A stretch of 63,362 nt of DNA, filler included, from Reticulomyxa filosa (taxonomy: Eukaryota; Protista; Foraminifera): assembly GCA_000512085.1 (NCBI GenBank). It is 18 parts of 18 records of this genome, joined end to end, with 100 filler letters (N's around TTAATTAATTAA, not from the genome) between each part and the next. Parts side by side here need not be neighbours in the genome. Positions count along the whole stretch, not along the records: positions 46,446 to 54,141 come from ASPP01011156.1; positions 54,242 to 55,778 come from ASPP01042383.1; positions 55,879 to 57,663 come from ASPP01034845.1; positions 57,764 to 59,776 come from ASPP01039832.1; positions 59,877 to 61,546 come from ASPP01027720.1; positions 61,647 to 63,362 come from ASPP01022990.1; 12 more parts are not named here. One strand, written 5' to 3'. The stretch's first letter is position 1. Every line of letters starts with the position of its first letter. The notes under the pieces were generated by a model. The model was not told the DNA's origin, searched no databases, and saw nothing but the letters and a program-made list of their open reading frames with translations. Below are positions 50,372 to 63,362 of the stretch, piece by piece. A program made the position numbers and the translations under genes.

Positions 50372-51119
50372 AAAAAATCCGCAGAATTTGCTTGTTTTTT
50401 TTAAATGTACTGCATTTCAAAAATTTTAGGCAAACACTGTTGTTATTTCTAACAAGAGAAAAAAGGGGTACAATGGCTGCAATACTTTTATTAGTTTTAT
50501 TTGTTAGTAGTGTAAACTCAATTTTCCACTTTTTAATTTTCTCTACAAGTTCAAATACACGAGAAAAAAGTCCAATTTGAAAAAGATAGCGGATAAACTA
50601 AACAAACACGAACAAACCAATTCCAAGTGGAATTTTTTTTTGGTATTTATTAAACGAGGTAAGTATTGAAAAAAAAGTGAATTTGATCTTGCAGCTTCTT
50701 TTTCCCCTCTTTGCATGAGCGCAATATTTTTTATATTGCTCAGCATTGGAAACTTTTATTCATCTTTCGACAACTCATTGTACTCTTCCAATGTTGTGTC
50801 GAATTTGTCCAGCGATTTCTTTGTGGCTTCCAAAGGAAAGCTTTAATTACAGAGAAGTTACTACTGCATTTTCTGCCGTAGCTGTCGGCAACTCCATGTC
50901 TTTTTCGATAGTCTAATGCAGTCATTGAATGCTATGTTCGTACGTCCATTTGATAAAGTAGAATTTAATGTTATTTTGCAAAGTTTGTACATTGTGAAGG
51001 TATGGTTGTTTTGTCTACTTTTTGCTTTGTATTTACGTATTATTGGTTTTTTTGCTTTTTTTTTGTCTAATACCAATTAAATCAAGTTAATTCAAAAGCA
51101 ATAGAACTGAAATTTTTTT

Positions 51120-51990
51120 TTTGGTAAGATTGTTTTAATGAAAATTAGTTACATTACTTTGCATTGTGTACTGCTTGTATTTTCTTTGGTATCGATTTTG
51201 TTAAGTTTATGCATGTTTCTTTGTCATTTTTTTCCATTTTAATTTAAATTGTTTTCGGAGTTCTTCTTTTGATCCGAATGGTCCATTTTTGAATAGTTTC
51301 ATTTTTACTATCCACCAAATATTTTCGATTTGGTTCAGGACTGTAGAATTTGGAGTGAAATTCAATATTTGATAGTGTTTGTTCAAACTATTTTTTGCTA
51401 AATTTCTGTGTTGCTGGTGGCATTATCTTTCTGAAACATTTAATTTTCATTATCTTCTAAACCCCAATTAATGCTTTTGAGCATTCATCAACTAAAATTT
51501 CTTTGTAAATATATGCATTGACACATCAATTAATGTTACATGCATAAACATGTCTTAACACTCCAAAGCAAGACCACAAGATTATGCTTTCAATATCAAT
51601 TTGATATTTTTATGATGAATGTCAGCTTCGATTTACGCATACATTCATGACTTACACAAAATTGTTTTGCAACTTTGCGCAAACTCCAGCACTGATGCAA
51701 CATGTCAACAGCATATCTTTTGTCAAAATTCTCAATCCTTTAATAATTTCAAAAAAATAATTAAAAAACTCAAATATTGAACTACATTTAGCTAAAAAAA
51801 AAAGAAAAATAAAGGATAAAATATTAAAATAATTATGAAAGATATAATAAAAAACCAAAATGATATTTAAAAATTACACGATTTGTACATATAAAAAAAA
51901 ATTAAGTATGAATGTTGTTTTTTCATGTAGAAAATCAATCATCTATATAAGGTGCCGTTTTAGGTTTCAACTTTACTTTGTATTCTACTG
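51120..51990 (-). mobile_element. Internally deleted, decayed Tc1 copy of the 41583 family
   Basis: TIR CAGTAGAATACAAAGTAAAGTTGAAACCTAAAACGGCACC reads from 51990. Transposase relic FTPNSTVLNQIENIWWIVK...NGPFGSKEEL. Confidence 0.85.
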
Positions 51991-53029
51991 TGTATTGTTA
52001 CAACTTGTGGTTCAACATGTCTGTTAAAGTCATTATCATAGTATTGTTGCCATTCAATGACAGTCCAAAGATACGCGTTATTACCACCAAACTTCTACAA
52101 ACAAAGTCTTTGTACGAAATACGATTGAATTCATTTACTTGCTTCGATACGTATATTGTGTATGATATGTATTTATTCAATAATCTAAAAAAAAGAATGG
52201 TATCTTATTTAAATTTGCAAATAATGTTATTAGGCTGTAATTTGATTCCCTTTTTTAAATATTTTTGTTGGACCAATTTTTTAATTTTTTTAAATTAATT
52301 TTCCAAAAAAAACTGAATTATTGGCAGCCTTTCCAAAACCTGAAGCTTTCGCGACTTTGATTGTATTATTGATGTAAATGACATTATCTTTATAAATTCG
52401 ATCTGTTGCCTTCACGCCCGAAATTCCGTCGACAAAGATGTCAAATAAAATTATGAAAACTTTTTTCGTTTTTTCATTGGCATTTGTCACATATGACAGA
52501 CAAATAAATGCTGTTCATACAGTATGGATTTGTTCTCCCATTATTGTATAGTTTTTAATATTGTCATTCACATTGAACTTTTTTTTAAAAAAATAACATC
52601 ATTCCCACACATTTTTGAAAAATAAAATAATAAAAAACAAGCTTTGTCAACATTCAGCAGCCAATTAGATAAGACTTGAAACTTTTCGGCATGTAGACGA
52701 TGTTATCTGATAACTTGATCGGCACGTTGCAATGTGTTGATGTTACTCATGTTAGTTCATACAACGCTTTCTGTCAGTCATGTGATGAACATACAATGCA
52801 ATTATACAAATCACGCAAACAATATGCAAGATCAACACATAAGTTAGATATATACTGCTATTACACACTTTCATAATGTCCAAGATGATATTTTGCGCTT
52901 TTTTCAAGTCATGTTCGGATCAGTACAAATTTGACAATCTAATGTTCACCTTTTTTTATTAAAAAAAACAATGGCTAAATTAATAACTAACACTATTCAC
53001 TTTCTTTTTTGTTTATTTAAAATTACCAT

Positions 53030-53260
53030 CGAACTACACAACTTTGAACAATTTTGAAATCTTTTGGATAAATTGCTTTGTGTCTTCTAATGTAAAGTGG
53101 AATTTGTCTAAGGCAGCATATGCGGCAGATCGATTTGCCAAAACAATGTAATCAATGCCGTTCTCTTTCAAAGACATAGTGTAGTACTTATTGCCACGCC
53201 AAAGTGATTATATTCAAATTCTTTGTTCAACAACTATTTCAACTGCTCTGCTGTAGATAA
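53030..53260 (-). pseudogene. Decayed TPR (STI1/HOP-like) fragment
   Basis: KYYTMSLKENGIDYIVLANRSAAYAALDKFHFTLEDTKQ, flanked by stops and frameshifts. Confidence 0.6.
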
Positions 53261-53853
53261 TAACTTATCATCTCTTTCATTCTGCTCGTTCCCGGCGTTC
53301 GATCATCAGCATCCTTTTTGTAGATCTTTGTACAAACTGTTCCTTTTGGCCTTGCACCTTTTTGTTCTTTAAGTCTTTATTTTCAATTGAGGTAAATTAC
53401 TATTATTTATTATTGTTTATCATTATTATTATGTCGTCTATCAAAAGACCTGATGACCACAATCATTTCATTCGATCAGGAAAAAGCTCTGGAGCTGCTC
53501 TTAACCGAAATAACAGTATAAATAAGTGATTTGTATTTGTTATGTTTTATTTTTGGTCTATTGTATTTATTGTTAACGTTTTATTTGTTAAACATGCTGT
53601 AAAACTTAATTTAAAAAAATCACTCTTTGCTTTTTGAAAAATTAAAAAGAAACAAGAGCTGTTTTAACAATTTTATCAGTACCTAAGCACACAAAGTTCA
53701 AAAGTTGTAAGCAGACACGCAGGTTCAAGGGGAAAAAACTTTGCGTAATGTTATATAAATTTCAAAGCATTTGATACAAGAAAAAAAATCTTTGCAATAA
53801 TTCTTGATAATAGAAAAAAGACAAAAAAATTGACATAATCAATTTCTACAAAA

Positions 53854-54057
53854 ATGTCAAGTGCCCAAAAACCGAGAGTGGCAGCCCCTTCACTCCGTCG
53901 CCCGGACACGGAGCTAAAGAAATTTACGTTCAAACAGATCCAAGAGAAAGTGGCAGAGCGATGGCAAATCCCAGAATACTACAACATGCTTATGGAAGCT
54001 GCTGTAAAAGATGACGAAGACGGAGTGTACTTCAACCTGAAGCACCCTTCGTTTCAA
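53854..54057 (+). CDS. First exon of an unknown protein
   Basis: GC-elevated ORF MSSAQKPRV...HPSFQ ends at a GT donor before the contig end. Confidence 0.5.
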
Positions 54058-55878
54058 GTTTCCTTCATTTTTGAAAGGCTTTTTTTTTTGAATAAAAAAA
54101 ATCCCCTCCTCTTGCTCTTACTCTGATTTTTTTTTTTTTTTNNNNNNNNNNNNNNNNNNNNNNNNNNNNNNNNNNNNNNNNNNNNTTAATTAATTAANNN
54201 NNNNNNNNNNNNNNNNNNNNNNNNNNNNNNNNNNNNNNNNNTTCAAAAGACATTGCACAAAACTTCACTTCCAACTTGTGACTTGCTGTCACACATATCC
54301 TCTTTTTTCTCCGTCATTTCGTCTATCTTTTCATTTCATTGTGTAGTACACATTTGTGTTCACAATGCTGATGTTTGACTCATTCAAATTCAAAATCAAT
54401 TTGTAATTGCCGTTGTGTAAGTGTTCACTTTTTTTTCCATCTTTGTTTTGTACCACGCGATTGAAGAAAGAGTCCATGTTCGTAGATGTATTCTAATGCT
54501 ATATGCAATACACGTTTGTTGTAATAGCTACTTGAAACGCTCGTTCAATGATTTTTTTACTCCCTTTTTTTTTTTGTACGTTCTTTTTTCCCATTATTCT
54601 CAGTTTCATCACCACAAAAAAAAACATCGTTATGATTATAAAATATCGTCCCAAATAACTCTGAAAATGATATATTGCTATCTTTTCAACATTTCTAAAT
54701 AATATTAATTGGAAACAATGATAACACAAAAACAAAAAAAAGTTATTCTAATTCTAATTTTGAATATTTTCAATTTAACAGATATTAAACAAAAAAAAAT
54801 CTCCAGTAACTTCTTTTAACTTCTCTTTTGTATGATGACAAAATAATATGATCATTCAAAAGTGAACTTGAGCGGAAAGACACTTTTTTTCTTATTGAAT
54901 TATTTTTTAAAAAATGATTGAATAATTGATTTAAATCTCTTTTCTATCTTTTTTCTTTATGACTCTATGTGAAATCGATTCGTTTTAATGTAATTACTCA
55001 GACCTTGAAGATCATGTTTTTCATTAATCAATAATTTCGTCTCATTACTTCATTTAAGACAGCATTTGAAAGTAGCAAATTCAAACAATTTTTATTGAAA
55101 CTTATTAGCAATCAATCTTTCACTCACTTTTGGATCTCTCTGATCAGATAACATTTCTTTTGTCATTTCCATTTTTTTTTTTGTAAAATGTTGAAATAAA
55201 AAAATGACAACGATAATTTCAATAATTGTGTGTTTAAAATTGTTTTTGGCTAATTCACCATTATAGTCATGTAGGAATATTGAGACGACTAAGTGTAATA
55301 CGAAAGGAACTTAGTTCCAAAAAGCAAATTCAAATCAAACAAAATGTTTTATTTGCTGTTAATGCAGTGAGTCCTTGGTCTATTCTTTTCTTTCTTGTTA
55401 TAGTATCTAATTGAATACGATATATCTTTACATTGAATGGTAATAATTGAATTAATGAAAAATATTGAATCAAGTTGAAATGCAACAATCAAATTCATAT
55501 GTGCTCCAATGTCAATATTACCAAATGACAATACTCACACATTATTATTAAATTAAAAAGGGCATGATGATATTCAAATAAATAATCGTCGTTGTATTTT
55601 TTAAATTGTTTATGCACGTTCAAAAATCTTTTAATATTTTTAGATAGAGTAAGTATTACAGTTTTTATACTGAAAAAAATTAGATTTAATCAAATGCAAA
55701 CTATATTAATTCAAAAACTACAAAAAAACAATACAAAATTTCTAAGTTTGAGCAAAGTTCTGAGTTGCCCTTTTTTTTNNNNNNNNNNNNNNNNNNNNNN
55801 NNNNNNNNNNNNNNNNNNNNNNTTAATTAATTAANNNNNNNNNNNNNNNNNNNNNNNNNNNNNNNNNNNNNNNNNNNN

Positions 55879-57373
55879 ACATTGAACTAATCATACATGT
55901 TGGGGAGATGTTTGGCTTCTCGAAGAAGTTTGCATCATCAATTCAAATGGATGGATAGTGACCGGGCTTGCATCGCGTCAAGCCAAGAAAATGTGCGAAA
56001 TTCCTTTGCAAATGGTGTATTTGAAACCTTGTATACCGCCAAGCGAACAATAAAGATTTCATCGTATTTGTGTGTTGGAAAGCAGAGACATATCCACAGC
56101 TTCGAAACACGGGTAATTTGGACGTTATCATGGAGAGGCTGCCACACAACCTGCACGTCAAGTTCGGAGACCCTCGCAAAGTATTTTGACTTCATACCTC
56201 GGTCTTGAATTTGAAAGATTGGGATTTCCGAAGAACTATCGACAAAAATTTGTTTTGTAATTTTTTTATATTCAAATGTTGTGTATATGTATATATTTTT
56301 TTTGACGTCAAAAAAGGAGGCGCAATGGATGGACAGAAGTGAAGAAAAATTAACGGAAGGCGATATGGATGACATACTGTCGATGAAGACACAGGAGGAG
56401 ATATGGAATAAAGAGTTTTGGAAAAACAACATCGACGACCTCCCTCCAAATGACCCGTTCGAGTATTACCTGATGCCTTGGGACGATCCTTACGGCGAGG
56501 ACGCAATTGACTTGAACTCGGACAACCGCATTTGTCGGTGGGTGGTTAACGCCTTGAAAGAAGCATTTGGTAGCGACAGCGACTTTGCAAAGGATCGCAA
56601 TGTAAGTCTCGACAATTGCAATTGGAATCGAAGGGGATAGGTTTGCTTCTTTTCTAGTGGCGTCATTGTTACTTTGGGGTTTGTCAAAAAAAATTCCTTC
56701 CATTGATTATGCTTTCAATCTTCTTTATATATGTATATGTATAATGCAGTGCATGTATGTATATGTGTGCTTGTCGCACATCTTGCAAGCAACGCATTGG
56801 GAACTGCTATCCATTGTACTTCACAGCGTCGTCAGTCTGTTCCAGAACCTGCAGTCCAAACATCAGGGTTGCACCATTGAGGACATTGTATTTGTGCTGC
56901 ATCAGACTACTGAAGGTAGGCCAGTACTCCTCAGCGCCATCTATCACGGAGGAGAGGATATACTCAAACGCGTACTCGATCTGGTCGACGCATTGCAAAA
57001 GGATGTATTTCGTGCCAATCACATTGGAAAAGCCCAAATGGTTCAAAACGCAGCGCTAATTCATCGAGTGCTTTGCCTTGCTGCTGCGAGCCTTGTCTTG
57101 CATTGGCGCCCATTTATCGCTGCGATACCACTTTTGGACATTTCTCAAGGACTGCCTGCGCAAGCAGGATATCGAGTCCAAGGTCGCAGACCATGGCTAT
57201 TGAATCAAGGGGAAGCAGAGGGGATCGGCCCTCGGCGAGTACTACTTGCTGCTGCATGCCAATCACATGTCGGAAAAGACGCTCTTCAAAATGCTGCTGT
57301 GGCTATTAAAGTATTTGGACACCATTTTCAAAAGCTGCAGTTTCAGTCACATTGTCAATTGCAACGGCAATAG
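55879..57373 (+). CDS. Hypothetical multi-exon protein fragment, possibly disrupted; one ankyrin-like segment
   Basis: Coding-like blocks at about 55960-56180, 56317-56601 and 56790-57373; EGRPVLLSAIYHGGEDILKRVL. Exon structure is unresolved. Confidence 0.35.
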
Positions 57374-58149
57374 TAATCATGATTATAGTGGCAGTAATAT
57401 GTCTAGTACTAGTCATATCAATAGTTGTGGTGGTATTATTAGTCATAGCAATATTAGTGGCAACAGTATTAGTGCTTTGATGGATATCGACTCCATCTGG
57501 CTTCAATATGGGTCTGCATGCTGGCGCATGTGCGATTGTGGTGATGGGGCCCCATGGCCATGGGTCTAAAGGTGGACGAGAACCACCAGCCAAGTGTCGT
57601 TGCTGTGTTTATGGAGTTGCAGTATCTGTTGAATATGGGACGAGTGTTCCCATCCAAGCTGCTNNNNNNNNNNNNNNNNNNNNNNNNNNNNNNNNNNNNN
57701 NNNNNNNTTAATTAATTAANNNNNNNNNNNNNNNNNNNNNNNNNNNNNNNNNNNNNNNNNNNNGTGACAATGGCAATCAAAGGAAAAGAGTACGTTGAAA
57801 AAGAAGCGCAAATAATCTACGAAGTACCTGAGTAAATTAATTTGCAAAAAAAAAAAAAATGTTGGAGCAAGGATAAAAAAGGTAGGTCTTTAAAACGAAT
57901 ACAAATTTCAAGTTATGAAATTGAGTGTTAATAATTTACAATATTGCTATGAATATTTTTCAATGAAAATTTATAACAATTACTTTTTTTATTGTCATTT
58001 CGACATTCATGCACGAAATGCAATCTCTTTCCAAAATTTTTCTGATAACTTGGTCACTTTTTTTTTTGGCTTGACTGACTCAGTCAATTCCAGTTTTTTT
58101 TTTTTTTTATTAAAAAAACTGCTGCAGCAACGAAAAAGGGCTCACCAGT

Positions 58150-59728
58150 AAAGTGGAAAAACTTGAAAAAATGGCCAAGAAAGACGAAAAAGAGCAGGAA
58201 TTTTTTTACGACTTGTGGACAGAAGGCAACCCCTCCAAAAACCAAACTAATCGTGAGTGGACTTGCACAACTTGTTCGAAGAAGAATAAAAAGCAGTATC
58301 TTCAATGCATTCAATGCCAAACACCAAAACCAAACTCTAACCAACCAAAGATTCTTCAGTTTTGTTTTATATATGTGTATATATATATGTTTTTGAAATC
58401 TTTTTATTTTTATCATTTTTTTTTTTTTTTACGTAACCAAAAAAAAAAACTTACTCCATTTTATGCACATGGCTACATTTCAATTTGAAAAACAAAAAGG
58501 TCAAATGTGCCATGGAAAAACACAAAAAATTTCGATTGCATCATCGCAATTGATTTTGGAACAGAAGGGACAGCAATGGCCATCAACATGAAGAAATCAA
58601 CAGCAGTTAACTCGATAACAGATTGGAGTAGCAGTGGCGTGGCTGACACCAGAGAATCCACTGGAAAAACAAAGACAACATTGTTATTGGATAAAAATCA
58701 TCAAGTGATTGCCTTTGGAAATGAAGCCTGGAACAAGTTTTATTTCATGTTTTTTTAATGATCATTAAAAAAAATAATTTATTTTTAAGCAACGTATTGA
58801 CACTTAAAAAAAAAAAAAAAGATATCAATCTCCAAACAATAAAGATGGTAGTAAATGGCTACTATTTCATCGATTTAAAATGAACTTATATGGTTAGTTT
58901 AAGTTCACTTTCATTACTTGAGCAAAAAAAAAAAAAAAAAGATAGCATTGTAATTTTTTTAAAATAAAAAAAAAGATGTGGCAGGTCAATATCAAACAAG
59001 AAAGAAATCAACTCTAAAGAAAGAGTTGCAGTCCACTAATGGCATCAGCGTCAGCACCGAGATCGTATTTGTTAGTGCTTTGAAATATTGTAAACAAAAA
59101 GCAATGCAATATCTCAATCAGAATAACCTAATGGTGAGAGAAAATAGAATCCAATGGGCGATAACAGTGCCAGCGATTTGGGATGAAAAGGCAAAAGGAT
59201 TAATGAAACAATGGGCTCAACAAGCAAAAATATGGAGTCCATCCATTCCTAATCAATTGATTATTGCACTCGAACCTGAGTGTGCAAGTATATGTGTAAT
59301 GCTTGAAATGAAAGATAATCCAGATCAAATCCAATTTAAAACATGAGATTGTTACATGATGATGGATTTGGGAGCAGGGACTGCTGATATGGTATGTCAT
59401 GAAATTACTGGGCCATTTGAAGTAAGAGAGATGATTGCTTCGTTTGGAGGGCCTTGTGGAAGGTCTTATATTGATCAAGATATTGAAATAATCTTTGGAC
59501 GAATATTTGGTGAAGAAAGAATGAAAGAATTCAAAGCAACCTTCCCCAAAGATTATTCGAAAATATTGGAGGCAATTGAAAATAGCAAACAACGATTTTT
59601 CAAAATTGAAAAGAAAACTGGAATTCATCGAATTGAAATTCCATTTGAATTTGACCAATTCATGCAAAGAAAGATTGATGACGATTTGGAAGATTTATTT
59701 GCCACATTTGAATATCTTGGAGAATCGG
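58150..59728 (+). pseudogene. RanBP2-type Zn finger fused to HSPA12-like Hsp70 ATPase, with in-frame TGA at 59344
   Basis: WTCTTCSKKN...CIQCQTPKP; IIAIDFGT; WLLFHRFKMNL; WAITVPAIW; IALEPECAS; FKT*DCYMMMDLGAGTAD. Confidence 0.75.
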
Positions 59729-60060
59729 GGTTTGCTATCTATTTATGTTTTTTCCATATCTCTTTGAAAGTGAATANNNNNNNNNNNNNNNNNNNNNNNN
59801 NNNNNNNNNNNNNNNNNNNNTTAATTAATTAANNNNNNNNNNNNNNNNNNNNNNNNNNNNNNNNNNNNNNNNNNNNCCGATAAGCATAACAATTCTTTTT
59901 TTCACGATCTCCATAAATGATAATAATATCTGGCAAATGATAATTTTTTGCAGGGTGAAAGTAATCTAAATTGTAAAATTCATAACGTCAAAAGTGCACA
60001 AAATACTTTAATATTTAATTTCAAATGATGTTCACCATACAATAACATTACAAGAAAAAA

Positions 60061-60123
60061 GATCCTATTATATTATGTGGTCCACCTGGTAATGGTAAAA
60101 CTATGACACTTGTAGATATTTAA
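60061..60123 (+). pseudogene. Isolated relic of cytoplasmic dynein heavy-chain AAA3 P-loop
   Basis: DPIILCGPPGNGKTMTLVDI* compared with dynein-1 PLxLCGPPGSGKTMTL. No flanking ORF. Confidence 0.6.
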
Positions 60124-61312
60124 AGTAAAGTTAGTTTTTCATGGATAAAATCGATTATTTTATAAAGTAGCATAATAGCTTTTTTTTGTAAACTACTGCA
60201 ATAACAAATCATTTTTAATGTAGTATTGACGTTTTGGTGAACAAGATTTGATAGTTATCTTTGCAACATTTGAGTCAATGTCTAAATCATGATTGGATCT
60301 GAAAGTGTTAACAAATTATACTATCAAAACCTAAGAAATTTCCATGTTTAAGAAATTATTTGAGAAAGGACTTTCCTTTTTCTTTGACTGTAGCTTTTCT
60401 CATTTTGCAGAGGAAAAAGAAAGATATATAATTTGACATTGGTTTTTTTGATAAAATTACTCTTTGTAAATATGTCTATGAAAAAACAATTTTTAACATA
60501 ACAATAAATAATAATAGAAAGAAAATAAATGAAATGAAATAAAGTAGAAGTACAATAATTGTAATAATTAATTCATTTCTTTTTTATCATCTCATTTTTC
60601 ATGTGTATCAAACATATCCAAATATTTCCTTCATTGTAATTACTTAAATTCTTTGATATTTAATTTTTTTTTAAGTTGTTCATTCAATAATATAATTTCC
60701 ATTTGATAATATCTTTTATTTTTTTTTCTTTCTAAATTAATAAATACAAATTTTGATTGCATTATAATTTTTATTCATTTATATTATTATTCAAAGCATC
60801 TATATCTTTCATCATCAATGCATGTTTATGTTTAATAAAAACAATATCACGATTTGAATTTGCTTGATTCAAACATTATGTTTAAATATTTCTTTTTGAA
60901 TCAAAATACATCCAAATATTTGTTGAAAACATTATTTAATCAATATTCTATTGTGCTTTAAAAAAGAATCCGATAAAGATTTATAGTTTCCACATTCGAT
61001 TTCTTGTACTATTGCAGTTGTAGGGCAAAGCTCACTGAAGACCCATTTTATCTCAACCTAACTACTTTCACTCTTTAGCCAGTCTTTTTGTTTACTATTG
61101 TTTGTCATTTATATTCTTTTTTGATTTAATTATTCTTTTTTTGAAATAAATTTATACAAAAAATTACCAAGAAATATGATTACAATACAGCAAAACTATT
61201 CAAAATTTACAAAAAGCAATACAAGATTGAAATTTTTGAAACAATTAGAAAAGATTATTTGGGTAAAGGAAAAGTTCTACAAAAAGATTTTTATTTTATT
61301 CAATATCTGGAC

Positions 61313-61546
61313 ATGGAAGATGAAATATTGTTCTTCTTGAAAAATCCATCTGTTGAAATGAAACAGGAACAGGCAGAGGCATTGTGTAAAGTGCTTCGTG
61401 ATGATCAAAACTGTAAGTCTGTGGAAGACGTTGTCAAACAAACAGAAACAGACTGTGAAGATGTGAAATTGCAAACAGCAACAAAAAAAAGGTTGTTCAA
61501 TACCATCAAGAACATATCCAAAAAATCAAACATTCCAATTCCTGAG
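61313..61546 (+). CDS. N-terminus of a protein with a SAM-like domain (truncated)
   Basis: ILFFLK...AEALCKVL...SVEDV...TETDCEDVKLQTATKKRLFNTI has SAM-like helical spacing. Confidence 0.4.
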
Positions 61547-61646
61547 NNNNNNNNNNNNNNNNNNNNNNNNNNNNNNNNNNNNNNNNNNNNTTAATTAATT
61601 AANNNNNNNNNNNNNNNNNNNNNNNNNNNNNNNNNNNNNNNNNNNN

Positions 61647-61715
61647 GGAGATATTTGCATTTAAGTAAAAAACTTCAGAAAATTCGCAACATCTGAACAC
61701 TTTTGACCGCAACTG
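61647..61715. mobile_element. End of a second, distinct Tc1-like family
   Basis: ...ACACTTTTGACCGCAACTG|TA; the reverse complement TA|CAGTTGCGGTCAAAAGT is typical of Tc1 termini. Confidence 0.55.
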
Positions 61716-62793
61716 TATAACAGTAGCACAGCCATCACAAAGTCAGTTTAAATTATATGCAATTTGGATAGAAACTAAACATTAGGTACATTTATGAAAT
61801 AAACTAGTTTATAATATATTATATCTAATATTAAAATAAAAAATTCATAATTTAAAAATTTAATAAGTTTAATCAAGAGAATATATATTTTTTAATTTTT
61901 ATAAACATACATTTATATATTAATGTAGTTATAATAAAAAAATATATATGATGGTGCTTTAATCTATACTATATCCTATGCCATGATTAAACGTTAATCT
62001 ATACCACCAACTAGTGTCACTTTAATGCATTAACGAGAACATCACATCAACTAATCCCCCCATCAAGTTATGGATATATAGTAATCTTCGTGTTCACTTT
62101 AAACTTGTCAACGACTATTGCATACAAATTTATTGCAATTTTTGCAATACAATAATCTACGTGATACCATTCACGTGAAATCACTAGTTGATAATATATT
62201 TCTAATGTTAACTCAAAAATTTTGTTCATGCATTTTTCAATATAAAAGATATAATTTTTTCAAAAATTAAGAATTTAATCATATTCAGTACATTTAGTTT
62301 GTGTTGGTTCAAAGGTTGCACAAAAAGTAATTTCTCATTGAAAAAATGACTGTAAAAAAGTGTGAAGTAAATTGCAAATTATAATGATAAAAGACCGCAT
62401 TTTTATAGATTGAACCAACAAACCCAGTTGGTGAAAATGATAAATGAATTAGCCACTACAAAAACAGAAAACAAGAAACGAAAGCCAATAAAAAACAAAG
62501 AAAAAAATCATCGACACGTTGCTTTTTCTTTGTTTTTTTTTTGTCATTGTGGATAAAGTTGACGTTAACAATACCGAAGTTCTAACCTGTTCGTTGAACT
62601 TCGACTCTCCAAGGTGAAATATTTGCAGCGAATATGTATAATTAAGCATTTTCCCCTCCAAGTTTATCTTAATTCACTGGAATATAAGTAACTGTGACGA
62701 GATGCGCGGTGTTTGTTAGCAAAATTGGAATATGATATCCACTGGTTTTGATTGTCATGAGTGTTGAATTCAGGATGACATAGCGTTTTCCTC

Positions 62794-63280
62794 TTATGTT
62801 GGTATGCAAAGGACATGAGGTAATGATTGATTTTGTGTCAAACGTCCGTGGTTGTTCACAAACAAATTGGTGGAGACAGAATGCACATTTTGAGGAAGAT
62901 GTTCTGTGTGTTCGACGTAAAGAGGAGGCATTTCAAAACGGGGTGTATCGAACACTGTCGGCGGTTGATCCCAGTGTTGATATTGACTATTAACAGTGCG
63001 AGTGTTGGCTAATTGATTAAAAAAGAGAGGAGACGGAGAGCGTTTCGACTCGTCAAACATTGGCCGATCATCAGATGCATATATGCGATCATCGTGAGCA
63101 TTAGCAAATTCCACACGCTCGCTAATTGTTGACTCATCACAAGGACTTCCACGGGGTACGATATCCATAATATTCGAATTTGGAGGAAGATAAGTGTTTT
63201 TTGTTACGTGACGCATCGCATAATCCAAAGTCGTTGTTGGCGGTGTATCAACAGCCAGTGATTGAATAAAACGTTTTTTC
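62794..63280 (-). CDS. Exon of an unknown low-complexity protein
   Basis: 144-aa GC-elevated ORF bounded by AT-rich intron-like DNA. Confidence 0.45.
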
Positions 63281-63362
63281 TACAATAAAGCAAAGACACA
63301 CATACATAAAACAAATTAAATTGAGAGCAAGTTGTTAATTTTTTTTATTTTTATTTTTTTTT

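Noticed and set aside
3440-53840. TGTCAA/TTGACA as a recurring promoter motif
   Set aside because: Often seen upstream of genes, but its frequency is not clearly above chance for this base composition without a computed test.
12338-61646. Regularly recurring TTAATTAATTAA palindrome as a biological repeat or array
   Set aside because: It is always centred in exactly 44+44 Ns, so it is a synthetic six-frame-stop linker.
1-63362. CRISPR arrays, tRNA or rRNA genes
   Set aside because: No repeat-spacer periodicity or recognisable structural RNA was seen by eye. A covariance-model scan would be needed to exclude small ncRNAs.

Overview
This is not one locus. It is 18 short contigs joined by 17 artificial 100-nt spacers (N44-TTAATTAATTAA-N44, which has stops in all six frames), so adjacency across spacers has no biological meaning. 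Seventeen contigs are AT-rich, intron-containing eukaryotic DNA. They carry many 1-nt homopolymer frameshifts, decayed transposons and pseudogene relics. The style resembles a foraminiferan such as Reticulomyxa filosa, which is my inference and is unverified. One contig (38100-39231) is GC-rich bacterial DNA. Recognisable genes: a TRP-type channel missed by the ORF track, a zf-PARP protein, an ELAV-like RRM protein, a sulfotransferase, a SpoU methylase, an FHA protein, a GBF1-type Sec7 GEF, CPSF30, a GHL15-like secreted protein, an Argonaute/PIWI 5' end, a Tudor-PHD-Zn2Cys6-C2H2 protein, an ART-Kelch fusion, a P450, a syntaxin, an HSPA12-like gene and Tc1 elements. The best novelty candidate is an intron-containing gene encoding an intein-like Hint domain (ending HN|G) followed by a Zn finger, an uncharacterised conserved domain and a SAM domain (39382-40722). 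Next are the ADP-ribosyltransferase-Kelch fusion and a recurrent non-standard intron architecture: self-complementary introns, A-tract acceptors and GC donors. All family calls come from reading motifs by eye; no database search was run.
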